A stretch of 63,881 bases of DNA, counting the filler, from Octopus bimaculoides (Eukaryota): assembly GCF_001194135.2 (NCBI RefSeq). It is 7 parts of 7 records of this genome, joined end to end, with 100 filler letters (N's around TTAATTAATTAA, not from the genome) between each part and the next. Parts side by side here need not be neighbours in the genome. Positions count along the whole stretch, not along the records: positions 1 to 29,783 come from NC_068981.1; 6 more parts are not named here. One strand, written 5' to 3'. Positions within the stretch are counted from its first letter, which is position 1; each line of letters begins with the position of its first letter. Positions 13,654 through 26,106 of the stretch are shown here, piece by piece. The notes under the pieces are model-generated. The model did no database searches. It worked only from the letters and a program-made list of their open reading frames with translations, and was not told where the DNA came from. The position numbers and the translations under genes were made by a program.

Positions 13654-14524
13654 CATTATTATTATTACTTTGGTGTTTGGCTGCGTTAAAAGTTACCAAG
13701 CAGAAGAAGTCAAAATTGAGATATAGATTTTGGCTTTTGTTAAGATAACCAGATTACTTAACACTGAATGAATGTAGCAGACAGAAAGACATAATGACAA
13801 ACGTTACAATAGCTTTACCATTAACAGCTGTGAGCCCCGGTACCGAAGATGGGTAACCTCTCGCCCTCGAGTGATATTTCTTGTACGTTCGAATTTGAAA
13901 CCACTAGCTGATAAAGTATCAAGGAGATCAATATAAATCGAATCAATATAATCAAAACATTAGTTTTTATGCTGTTAAACGCCTTCTATATTAAGCACGC
14001 CATCTTTTTAAAATTTTATTTTCACCCAAATCAAAATTAGATGTACGTATTATTATAGATGTTATGAGCCGACAAAGATTTTGTAAACCACCCACATTTA
14101 CAGATTATTTTTAGAGACAATTTAATTCTACTTTCCTGTTTCTTTGTATCTGAATGGTCTAATGAAATAAAGACATCTCCAGTGTCTTATACCTTTCATG
14201 TCTTCTTAAACTGCTGCCGCCGCCGCCTCACACATTACCTTGCTCTTATAGGATCAGCCTTTAAGCTAAAACAAAAATAAAATAAAATAAAATAAAATAA
14301 AATGAAATAAAGCGAAGATTTTTACGAGGTTGATTTGTCATCTCAAGGTAGATATGGAAGTTATAAATAAGGAAGTCCGCAAGAATTGGTCGGCCGCTTG
14401 AGATGGTCTATATCGGCAGGAACTTGAATACATAGAAACAGAAATATTATTTAGGCCTAAAATACCAGATGTTTATTCTTCGCTGTTGCATATTATACAC
14501 GAAATCTTAAAGTAACTTACCTTC

Positions 14525-14557
<33 letters not shown>

Positions 14558-14707
14558 TGTATGTATGTGTGTGTGTGTGTGTGTGTAAAATTTAACATTA
14601 ATTTATATCTTTTAGCGTGGATGCATTCCTACAGATTCTTATGCATTTACAATTCGATCATGGCTGGTAGTAAAATTGTTTCTCACTTCAATTTCTACAG
14701 TCTACAT

Positions 14708-14884
14708 CAATGGTTCATAACCATCTTTTATTTGTGAGCACCTTTGCTTCCTATTTTAGTATTTTTAATTCCTAGAATATGTTATGTATTCTAGATGTAT
14801 AACCAATTTATTGCTCATAAACTTTAACAACAAATTTATATATGGACCCCTAAAGGTCATACAGACTCCGTTTGAGAACATTTG
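14708..14884. mobile_element. Short hAT-like MITE related to 9290-10235
   Basis: CAATGGTTCATAACC ... TATGGACCCC ... GTTTGAGAACATTTG; flanks GTCTACAT / ATCTACAC (6 of 8 match). Confidence 0.55.
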
Positions 14885-15848
14885 ATCTACACGGTCACTT
14901 GAATTTTCAGAAACGACAGCCAAATCTCTCTCAGCTCACGCCTACCGATTTAGAAATTTTTGTACAGTATAAACCTTGATGTATGACAAACAGTCTATTT
15001 GGTAAGGATTAAAGCACTTTTGATCATGGATCTGCCTGATTAGAACGAACTCTGGACTCAAGAAAATCAACTGTATCATAGCAATATCTTCAACAATAAC
15101 TACGACAGCGTGTGTCATGGTGATATAAGCATATATATAGCACAAGGGTTTTCAAACACTTTACGGCTCTTTGGAAATACAGGTGCATTCCATTAGATCG
15201 ACTTTGATATTGTTTCCTTCCGTTCACTCAGATCAAACCATGCCTACTGTAGAAAGACACTTGTCCAATTTACTACTCAGAGAGATGAAAACAGGAACCT
15301 CAACAAGAAGATTAACAGCAGGAATATCCAGAACAGTAGTAACAACAACAACAAAACAACAATAAAACAGAAACAATAAATAACTAAGATTAAAATCATT
15401 AACAAAATAACAGATAACGTGAGAACTTATCCCTGGTTATTCGATTTGTCAGAAATAACAGATAAATCTCTCTTGAATCATACACACACACAAACAAAAG
15501 AGAGGGAACACATTGGCTTATGTTGTTCCAGGTACTCTGTACCTGGAAAAATAAGACGGTATAGCCATGGTCGGATTGTTATTGATCATTGGTTTACTTC
15601 ATCAGAACCGACTTACGGTTATACAACAACAAGGATAGCCATAATGTCGTCGTCAAAATCAAAACCCTTTTCGTCTGGCGTAAATGCTGTATAGTTCGTT
15701 GGTCGTTGTAATGGTCGCCATTGTTGTTTGTGTTGCTGTAGTTCTCGCTATTGGTGCTGCTGCTATTGTTGTTGTTGTTACTGCTGTTGACCTCGTTGTT
15801 ATTGTTGTTGTTGTTGATGCTCGTCGTCGTTGTCGGTATTATTTAAAT

Positions 15849-16057
15849 TCTTCTATTCTTTTACTTGTTTCAGTCATTTGACTACGGCCATGCTGGAGCA
15901 CAGCCTTTAGTCGAATCAAATCGACCCCAGGACTTATTCTTTGTAAGCCTAGTACTTATTCTATCGGTCTCTTTTTGCCGAACCGCTAAGTTACGGGGAC
16001 CTAAACACACCAACATCGGTTGTCAAGCGATGCTGGGGAGACAAACATGGGACACAC

Positions 16058-16099
<42 letters not shown>

Positions 16100-16419
16100 N
16101 NNNNNNNNNNNNNNNNNNNNNNNNNNNNNNNNNNNNNNNNNNNNNNNNNNNNNNNNNNNNNNNNNNNNNNNNNNNNNNNNNNNNNNNNNNNNNNNNNNNN
16201 NNNNNNNNNNNNNNNNNNNNNNNNNNNNNNNNNNNNNNNNNNNNNNNNNNNNNNNNNNNNNNNNNNNNNNNNNNNNNNNNNNNNNNNNNNNNNNNNNNNN
16301 NNNNNNNNNNNNNNNNNNNNNNNNNNNNNNNNNNNNNNNNNNNNNNNNNNNNNNNNNNNNNNNNNNNNNNNNNNNNNNNNNNNNNNNNNNNNNNCTTACC
16401 ACACAGCCACTCCTGCGCC
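15849..16419 (-). mobile_element. SINE family B inserted in an AAC/AGC/GAC repeat tract
   Basis: Head CTTACCACACAGCCACTCCTGCGCC at 16395-16419; tail at 15849-16060; (CA)n and gap in between. Confidence 0.88.
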
Positions 16420-17516
16420 TGTATAGGTGTTGTTGTTGTCGTCGTCGTCGTCGCTGCTGCTGCTACTACTGCTGCTGCTAATTGTTAGTCAGCGAGCACG
16501 ACTCACCGTTGCAATGGTGGACCTGAATCGAAGAACAACACTTCCGCAAACGAACCACCCTCGTTCAATAGCCCCACCCCACCCCATCTCCCTTATCTCT
16601 TTCTACTATACTCATAACACCGATCCTCCCTAAACGGCTGCAACAACCATCTCCAAAACCTCCTTATATATTGTCTCCTCGTCTCTATTTTTTTTATCCC
16701 CTCTTGGACACGCCCATCTTACGTTTCCTGTCGTCCTCAATAAATCTTGATTGTTCACACATAGACACTGTCGCCAATACACTTGCAGACATGTGATTAC
16801 AGTACGTGCGACGGATATGTGACATTTATGAAGACTATACACATGTACAGTCATATACAGTCATCCCTTACCAGAACGCCACCAACAACAGCAGCAGCAG
16901 CACCACCACCACCACCACCACCATGCACACATACATCTGCATGCACACGCGCACGATGCACATATATAATTCAGATAGATACGCATGTATCTAAGCGTAC
17001 ATGCGGCTAGATNNNNNNNNNNNNNNNNNNNNNNNNNNNNNNNNNNNNNNNNNNNNNNNNNNNNNNNNNNNNNNNNNNNNNNNNNNNNNNNNNNNNNNNN
17101 NNNNNNNNNNNNNNNNNNNNNNNNNNNNNNNNNNNNNNNNNNNNNNNNNNNNNNNNNNNNNNNNNNNNNNNNNNNNNNNNNNNNNNNNNNNNNNNNNNNN
17201 NNNNNNNNNNNNNNNNNNNNNNNNNNNNNNNNNNNNNNNNNNNNNNNNNNNNNNNNNNNNNNNNNNNNNNNNNNNNNNNNNNNNNNNNNNNNNNNNNNNN
17301 NNNNNNNNNNNNNNNNNNNNNNNNNNNNNNNNNNNNNNNNNNNNNNNNNNNNNNNNNNNNNNNNNNNNNNNNNNNNNNNNNNNNNNNNNNNNNNNNNNNN
17401 NNNNNNNNNNNNNNNNNNNNNNNNNNNNNNNNNNNNNNNNNNNNNNNNNNNNNNNNNNNNNNNNNNNNNNNNNNNNNNNNNNNNNNNNNNNNNNNNNNNN
17501 NNNNNNNNNNNNNNNN

Positions 17517-17572
<56 letters not shown>

Positions 17573-17799
17573 TCCTCCTTAACTCTCTCGTTGCTCACAC
17601 GTGACCAACGGCTATCTATCCTTCTTTCTCCCACTTACTTCCTAAAGACAAGACGTGTTTTTGCCTGTCCTTTCTCAAAGATCGTTTTTCCCTCGTTCAT
17701 CCCTTCACCTAGTAATGGCTTAATAGCCCTCACCGTTTGTCTTTGCTGTTTTGTTCTTACTGTCCTGTTTTTGTTACCACTTTAACCCCCCGCAAAAAA

Positions 17800-18077
17800 A
17801 GTAGCTTGCTTACCAACCACATGGTCCCGGGTTCAGTGCCACTGCGTGGCACCGTAGGCAGGTGTCTCCTACCATAGCCTCGGGCCGACCAAAGCCTTGT
17901 GAGTGGATTTGGTAGACGGAAACTGGAAGAAGCCCGTTGTATATGCGTATATATATATGTATATTTATAGAATAAGTACTGGGCTTACAAAGAATAAGCT
18001 CTGGGGTCGATGTGCTTGACTGAAGGCGGTGCTACAGCATGGCCGCAGTCAAATGACTGAAACAAGTAAAAGAGTAA
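17800..18077 (+). mobile_element. SINE family B, internally deleted
   Basis: Left half joins the AGAATAAGTACT module directly. Confidence 0.85.
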
Positions 18078-18086
18078 AGGACCAGA

Positions 18087-18370
18087 AGGCGGCGAGCTGG
18101 CAGTATCGTTAACATGCAGGGAAACATGCTTAGCGGCATTTCGTCTCAAATTTCGTAGAGGTCGACTCTGCATTTCATCCTTTCGGTGTCGATAATTTGC
18201 GTACCGGTTGCGTACTGGTCTCGATCTAATCGACTGGCTCCCTCCCGACAATTCCGGACGTTTTGCCTAGAGTAGAAAAGAAATAAGTACCATTTGAACA
18301 TTGAAGTCGATGTTATCGACTTATCCCCTTCCACGGAATTGCTAGCCTTGTACCAAAATTTGAAATCAAT
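18087..18370 (+). mobile_element. SINE family C with duplicated 3' module
   Basis: AGGCGGCGAGCTGGCAG head; the GTCGAT...ATCGACT module occurs twice with different tails. Confidence 0.8.
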
Positions 18371-19337
18371 ATATCCTGTCTATCACACGGCATCCGTTAC
18401 TCTTAAAACACAAATACATATCAAAGCGTGTTGTATTCTCACCAGCGAGATAAACGCAAGTTTATAGTTAGAACAAGAGATATTGACATTGAGGGCAGTA
18501 CTGAATGGTTCTGTCGACTAGCTGCTTGCTATAAGTCTGCTCAAGCACCATTGGTCTAGCGTTAACAACAACAACGTCAACAACAGAAGCGGGGTTCAGA
18601 CAGTTGTAAAGTACACAGTACAGACACAAACACACACACACACACACATATACATATTTATAAATACAAATACAAGCATGCGTAGACAGATAATCTGATA
18701 CAAGTATATACATTCGATACATACATCTCAGCTGCTCTTCGCACATTTAAATTCTATAATCAGATTGTCAAATAAATAGATAGACGGTCTGTCTCCCTCT
18801 AAGCCGCTCCTCAACTTCTTTCTGCATCCCTGTGTGTATGTGTGTCTCTCTCTCTTTCTCTCTCTCTCATATCATCTCTTCCCTACTCTCTGTCCTCTCT
18901 CCCTCATTTTCTCACCTCCCTTCTCTCACACACACACATATACATACACAGAGGCAGGCGCAAGCGGACGCACTTTCACACATTTCAGCTGTCTAAAAAT
19001 CTTCAAGACAACTGCCATCACCTAGAAACTACAGTGCACTTTGGTTGTGTGTGGAAGGAAAGAGAGCGTGAGGAAGAAACAAGAGAAAATGATAAAAGTG
19101 GCGATGATGATGATGATGATGATGATGATGACGACAACGACGACGATGGTAATGAGGATGATGGTGGTGGTGGTGGTGGTGGTGATGATGATGATGATGA
19201 TGATGATGAGTAAGAACAGAGATGGGGGTGAGAAAGCCGTGTTGAGGAAAATGAAATAGTTTATAAAACAAAATATAGAGTAAAAATGAAGGGAAAAGGT
19301 GAAACTATAGAGAAAAAAGTGATTACGTGCACGTGTA

Positions 19338-19423
<86 letters not shown>

Positions 19424-19803
19424 GGTTGGTAGAAAAATAAAAGCTAAATGGGCAGAAGCAACAATAACAAAGAATAAGAACAAAATCAAAAACGCTAGAA
19501 TGAAAGAAACGAATAGAATGATGATGATGATGATGATGATGATGATAATGATGATGATGATGACGTTGATGACGATGGTGAGGAAGATGAAAAAGAAGTA
19601 TAAGGGGTTGAGGAGGAGGAGGGGAATGTGCATAGTGGATGAAATAGATGTTAAACTACACTTCTGTATGTCTAAGACTATACAGTGTTCGATTCTATGC
19701 ATATAAATGTGTTGTATATTCGTAAACCCAGGGACTTATTCTTCTCCAAATGAAAAATGATTTTTTTTTTGCGGTGGGGTGTGGGGTGGATCTTTGTGGT
19801 TAT

Positions 19804-20617
19804 CGTCACTGTCTACAATTTTGCTCGAATTATTTATCAAGTTAGGTATAATTAAGTTTTGTATACTAATTATGTAAATGAAATTCATTTTCCCATAATT
19901 ATGAAGTTACTAGCCTTTAAAATTTGCGAAATGTGAGTATTTTAGCCAATCAGAAGCGAGTATTTTACACATCACCGTCAAGTTCTGTTAGCGTATTAAG
20001 CAAAGAAGCACCACGTGTTCCATAGCTGATTGCGAAGAACTTTGTTTCCATAGTAATCAAAGAATTTGCGCATGGCATGCGTACAAGGAGTGCAACCACC
20101 AAATTGAGTGTAATCAACAAATTGAGATTACCTGGGTATCTTTAAAGCGTGAAAACAAACGCCGGTGTTGGACACACCGTTCCATGGTTGACTCTTATCT
20201 TTGTGAATTTATGTGGAGGAGATATGAGAAAGATAATTTATTTTATAAAATCCTTGAGATTTTTTTAACTAATAAATGTCTGTTTTAAACAATGTTTTGA
20301 CTGTTATTTCTAGCAACTCCTGTTGGTTTGCTCGTAGCTTTTAAATATTTAATTTGCTCGTGAATGTTTTAATATTTTTCACTGTTTACTTTGCTCGTGT
20401 ATGTTTTAATGTTTTTATTGTTATTTCTAGCAACTTCTGTTGGTTTGCTCGTAGCTTTTAATATTTAACTTGCTCCCGAATCTTTTAATGTTTTTTACTG
20501 TTTACTGTAGCTAGCTTAATTCAAATAAGTATGAGTACAGGATTTATTCGGTTGTCTTATTTCAAATGACATTCGGGCAACAAGTCCCGACTAGCAATAA
20601 AATTTGCATACAGTAAC
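19804..20617 (+). mobile_element. Merlin (IS1595-like) DNA transposon, internally deleted
   Basis: Imperfect TIRs GTCACTGTCTACAATTTT / AAATTTGCATACAGTAAC; 20070-20260 translates QQIEITWVSLKRENKRRCWTHRSMVDSYLCEFMWRR (ISXO2-type C-terminus); TTGCTCGT subterminal tandem repeats. Confidence 0.75.
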
Positions 20618-20618
20618 T

Positions 20619-20940
20619 CTGCATGGCTCAGTAGTTAGAGCGTCGGGCTCACAATCATGAGGTAGTGAGCTCGATACCCGGACCGGGCTGTGTGTTGTGT
20701 ACTTGAACAAGACACTTTATTTCACGTTGCTCAGCTGTAGAGACGAGCTGCAACATCACTGGTGCCAAGCTGTATCGGCCTTTGCCTTTGTCTTGGATAA
20801 CATCAGTGGCATGGAAAGGAGAGGCTGGTATGCATGGGCGACTGCTGGTCTTTACTAAACAACCTTGCCTGGACTTTGAGCCTCGAAGGGGAACTTTCTA
20901 GGTGCATTCCCATGGTCATTCGTGACCGAAGGTGGTCTTT
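20619..20940 (+). mobile_element. SINE family D
   Basis: TGGCTCAGTAGTTAGAGC A-box, CORE-like GTGTTGTGTACTTGAACAAGACAC; near-identical to 42531-42862. Confidence 0.85.
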
Positions 20941-22162
20941 GCTCTCTACACTAACCTTCTTATAAGGAGCTTACAAAGAGTGGTTCTCGTTTTTGTACCA
21001 CAGTAAACGACATTGAAAAAATCAGAAGTTTGGTAAAAGTGTATATAAATTTCGTTCTCAAGACCGCAGAGGACATCCTCCAAAAATAATGCAAATAAGA
21101 TGGAAATGAAAATGGAATATTTATTGTGTTGTTTTATTCATTGGTTCTTGGGTAGATAATAGGGGAACCAAGCAAGACTGGATTGATCCATGAGGTAATA
21201 TGTTTACACCTGTGTGTTTTGTTGCGTTGACAAGTACGCTGAATATCATTGCGTGTCATTTTCTTTACAATATGTTTTGTAACACATGTGGTTCCCTAAC
21301 GGTCGCAACTATTTCAAGAGAGATAATCATTTTTTCATATTTGACTGGATTAGAAATTTGAATATGAAATGAAGGAATTATAAAGTAAAGATGCATGGAA
21401 CTGACAATTTTAATTTTTTTTTCCTGTAATTATTACGAAATTCTTGAAGAATATCTTGTCGCTGATAGTCATATATCGCACGATTTCATTCATTGGAAAA
21501 AAATACCAGCATGACATATCGTGTGACTTATTAATTAGGCATTTTATGAAAGGAGACATTTCATTAAAGACAAAAATAATTACAGTCTGATGGGAGTTTA
21601 TGGAATGTGCGATTGTTTATTTTTCTTCACAGAACTTTGGTAGTTAGGACTCGAAAGAGAGGAGAGTAGTTCTTAGCGTTGACATACAGGATAATTACTG
21701 TTTCCAGGGAATACTGTCTTGTGAAAATGTCTCATAATAACTAATAATTTCAGTTTTGCCTACAAACAACTTTTCAAACCGTTTTCCGATATTATCGATG
21801 GGGTGTAAACATTCGTTCCAAGCTACTATTTCATAGTAGCAACTCTTGATATATGCAGTGGAACAGGTATCTATTTGTAAATACAACGCCTTGACCATCG
21901 TCGACAGTTTAAAAAGATTTATATTTTGTGTAAATTGGGCGGCGGTACGTTGTAAAGTGTGTGTTCTGTAAGTTCAAATAGATCTACTGTGTTGGAGATA
22001 CAATTTTAAGTGGCTAATAAAGGGTTAGAGAAGCTGAACAACTGTACGAAAAGATATGACTATTATGTCATCCAGGTATGAAGCTGTGTATATATTTGAA
22101 AAATGCATGGAAAGAGTGCCGTGGTATATGTTAAAAATAGTAGGATAGAAGATAGATATTTT

Positions 22163-22396
22163 TTTATTTCTTCATTGCCCACAGGGGGCTAAACATAGAG
22201 GGAACAAACAAGGACAGACAAAGGGATTAAGTCGATTACATCAACCCCAGTGAGTAACTGGTACTTAATTTATCGTCCCCGAAATGATGAAAGCAAAGTT
22301 GACCTCGGTGGAATTTGAACTCAGAAAGTAACGGCAGACGAATTACCGCTAAGCATTTCGCCATGCGTGCTAACGTTTCTGCCAGCTCGCAGCCTT
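22163..22396 (-). mobile_element. SINE family C (tail variant b)
   Basis: Reverse complement of 29318-29553. Confidence 0.88.
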
Positions 22397-22942
22397 CAGA
22401 AGATAGATATTTGTGGTTCTCAATTCGAGGTGTTGCGGATTTAAAATGTATATTACCTAGGCTTGTCGACTTGAGAGGTAATCAGCTACCAAGTTTGCGT
22501 GATGTTTCGTTTAATGAATACTTTATTTATCAGTGGGGAGCGGAAACACAGTTTTTTCTGATGCCCATAGCTGTTAGAACAGTGTTCGTATTTATGTTTT
22601 TGTAGGGTGGTTTATAATATTTTTAGTAAGTTTTATGAGCAGTTTGGTAGTCGAGTGTAGCCGTCTCTGAATCTACGCTGTGATTAAGTGAGGGAACTGT
22701 GTGATCTAGTTATGTCAAGGATGAGCATTTCTAAAACTATTTATTACGTACAGTGCTAGGACCGTCTTATGCTGCTGCACTTAAATATTTGTTCGGCTTT
22801 AAAACTGTTATGATTTTGACCAGTTTCCAGATTCTGGAGATTTGGTAGTGTTAGTGCGAGTTTTAAAAGTTGGCAGGTAGAGTGTTTTCTTCTGGCCTGC
22901 TAAACATATGTTTACGATTTTATCAAGCTCTCAATGTTCCCT

Positions 22943-22974
<32 letters not shown>

Positions 22975-25096
22975 TTCCTTGGCCATAGTGTATCAAGTAC
23001 TTCAATATCCAAATTATCTTACAGCTTCAAGTGTATGTTTTACTGGAAATTTGGTTACATTTCCAACTAGTTAAATAAATACCCTAACTGTACAAGTATG
23101 CTTGTGTATTTGTCAAGCCCCGAAGATTGTGAGTTTGGGATAGAATATTTCCTAATCCCTTATCTGATGGAAGGAAGGCGTCAAAGTCACGATTGAGCTA
23201 GAAGGTGCGTCTTTTGCGTACTGTGTTAATTTTTGAGGCTGGTATTCCAAGCAAGAGGCCCCTATGTGGTTATTCAACCTTCTGAAAAATAACGGCCAGA
23301 TCTTTTTTAAACTTTAAAAGGATCGAATATATAACAAACATCAATATAGCTAAGCGGCTCATTCCAGAAGTTATGAGACTTTTTTGGAAAAGCATTTATA
23401 ACTGTTCTGTTTATTGTAATTTTAATATATCTTTACAATATATTTAATAATCTGGCCTCACAACAATTGTTATTCCAGATAGGAAAAGACGGTTGTAACT
23501 GCACTTTGAATACACGCTATTAAATACTGCTTGTCACAGTTGACTAGTTTGCAAAATGTAATCAGGATTCCTCTCCTATACAGTGAGGATTATGATATAC
23601 CAGCTGGTAACATCACCATCGTCACAGCTGACACTCACACCACCATCGCCATCACCATCACTAACTCGTCACCACTACCACCACAATCATTGATAATTCC
23701 TCCACCACAACCTCCACCACCACCACCACCACCCGTCGTGTATATGTATATATATATATNNNNNNNNNNNNNNNNNNNNNNNNNNNNNNNNNNNNNNNNN
23801 NNNNNNNNNNNNNNNNNNNNNNNNNNNNNNNNNNNNNNNNNNNNNNNNNNNNNNNNNNNNNNNNNNNNNNNNNNNNNNNNNNNNNNNNNNNNNNNNNNNN
23901 NNNNNNNNNNNNNNNNNNNNNNNNNNNNNNNNNNNNNNNNNNNNNNNNNNNNNNNNNNNNNNNNNNNNNNNNNNNNNNNNNNNNNNNNNNNNNNNNNNNN
24001 NNNNNNNNNNNNNNNNNNNNNNNNNNNNNNNNNNNNNNNNNNNNNNNNNNNNNNNNNNNNNNNNNNNNNNNNNNNNNNNNNNNNNNNNNNNNNNNNNNNN
24101 NNNNNNNNNNNNNNNNNNNNNNNNNNNNNNNNNNNNNNNNNNNNNNNNNNNNNNNNNNNNNNNNNNNNNNNNNNNNNNNNNNNNNNNNNNNNNNNNNNNN
24201 NNNNNNNNNNNNNNNNNNNNNNNNNNNNNNNNNNNNNNNNNNNNNNNNNNNNNNNNNNNNNNNNNNNNNNNNNNNNNNNNNNNNNNNNNNNNNNNNNNNN
24301 NNNNNNNNNNNNNNNNNNNNNNNNNNNNNNNNNNNNNNNNNNNNNNNNNNNNNNNNNNNNNNNNNNNNNNNNNNNNNNNNNNNNNNNNNNNNNNNNNNNN
24401 NNNNNNNNNNNNNNNNNNNNNNNNNNNNNNNNNNNNNNNNNNNNNNNNNNNNNNNNNNNNNNNNNNNNNNNNNNNNNNNNNNNNNNNNNNNNNNNNNNNN
24501 NNNNNNNNNNNNNNNNNNNNNNNNNNNNNNNNNNNNNNNNNNNNNNNNNNNNNNNNNNNNNNNNNNNNNNNNNNNNNNNNNNNNNNNNNNNNNNNNNNNN
24601 NNNNNNNNNNNNNNNNNNNNNNNNNNNNNNNNNNNNNNNNNNNNNNNNNNNNNNNNNNNNNNNNNNNNNNNNNNNNNNNNNNNNNNNNNNNNNNNNNNNN
24701 NNNNNNNNTATATATATATATATATATATATATAGTCACAATGAGGATATTTTAACTGCTTATAGGGATATTCATCCAAGATACACTGGTTTGATATATT
24801 ATATTTTGAAGAGATATTTCTCCAATGAATATATTATATAAAATATCGTAAAATAATAATGTTTGATGTCTTACGATACATACATACATACATACATACA
24901 TACATACATACATAGGCTATATATGCAACTATATGCATGAGAATACATACATAATGCAAAACGTACAAATCTGAACATATACATACATACAAACAGAAAT
25001 ACCCTGTTGGTGATGTTGAAATTCCAATGAATTTCAAGGAGCCTTGAATCTACGTTAGAAACCGACTCTTTCTCTATTGGCAAGAAATCTTGAAAT

Positions 25097-25490
25097 GAGT
25101 GGCTGTGTGGTAAGTAGCTTGCTTACCAGCCACGTTGTTCCGGGTTCAGTCGTACTGCGTGGCACCTTGGGCAAATGTCTTCTACTATAGCCTCGGGCCG
25201 ACCAAAGCCTTGTGAGTGGATTTGGTAGACGAAAACAGAAGTCTGTCATACATATATGTGTATGTGTGTGTGTGTGTGTGTGTGTTTGTGTTTGCCCTCA
25301 CAACATCGCTTGACAACCGATGCTGGTATGTTTACGTCCCCGTAACCTAGCGGTTCGGCAAAATGTGCGATAGAATAAGTACTAGGCTTAGAAAGAATAG
25401 GTCCTGGGGTCGATTTGCTCGACTAAAGGCGGTGCTCCAGCAAGAACGCAGTCAAAGGACTGAAACAAGTAAAATAATAAAAGAATAAAA
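25097..25490 (+). mobile_element. SINE family B, full-length
   Basis: Both halves present with an internal (TG)n. Confidence 0.9.
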
Positions 25491-25841
25491 TACATACACA
25501 CACACGTGCATACATGCATACATACATACATACATAAATACACACGGATCCGCATACTTATGAGCACAGGGCTAGAATCCTCTTTCACCCACTGCACCTT
25601 TCATAATCTGTAGTGGGCCCGTAGTCGTGTAATTAACTTTGATCATAGATAGAGTTTAAATCGCCTTACGGAATTTGACGCAGTAAACCAGATAACCGGA
25701 ACAATTCTGATAATCCGTCGTTATACCCACCAACCTTCATCAAGTGTCTTGGGGAAATTTTGAACCTAGGTTCTCATTCCTAAGGTATTTTCCAATGTTA
25801 TTATTATTATCGTTATTATTATTATTGTTGTTGTTGTTGTT

Positions 25842-25916
25842 CAGGTCACTGCCTGGAATCAAACTGGGAATCTTGGGGTTAGTAGCCCGCGCTCTTAACC
25901 ACTACGCCATATGCCC
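25842..25916 (-). promoter_or_regulatory. tRNA-like Pol III promoter cassette embedded in the PLE repeat
   Basis: GGGCATATGGCGTAGTGGTTAAGAGCGCGGGCTACTAACCCCAAGATTCCCAGTTTGATTCCAGGC: A-box TGGCGTAGTGG, anticodon-like arm GGG-CTACTAA-CCC, B-box-like GTTTGATTCC. Confidence 0.6.
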
Positions 25917-26060
25917 GTGAGCAATAATAGAGTGAATTTTCGGGCTTATAAATCTAATAATATTCCTATCCTTCTTTAATACTGGTTCCCATATGCTATT
26001 CATATCTGCATTTGGTCTGCTTAGGAGGTTGCTGTGTCCCAGGTTCGAAATTTCCCCCAA

Positions 26061-26106
26061 GACACCTGAAGAAAGCTAGTGGGTATATCAGCCGAAACGT
26101 TGTATT
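26061..26106 (+). ncRNA. Minimal type I hammerhead ribozyme motif (degenerate)
   Basis: GACAC-CUGAAGA-A-(aGCUa...cAGCc)-GAAA-CG-UU-GUAUU; stem I GACAC/GUAUU has one mismatch and stem II has two. Confidence 0.55.

Noticed and set aside
20260-20500. Regularly spaced repeats as a CRISPR-like array
   Set aside because: Units and spacers are irregular and themselves repetitive, they lie inside Merlin TIRs, and the context is eukaryotic.
21700-21880. Plus-strand ATLDICSGTG (methyltransferase motif I-like) and the minus-strand 67-aa ORF
   Set aside because: The motif is bounded by stops, would need an 18-34-nt intron, and has no further motifs; it is compatible with chance.
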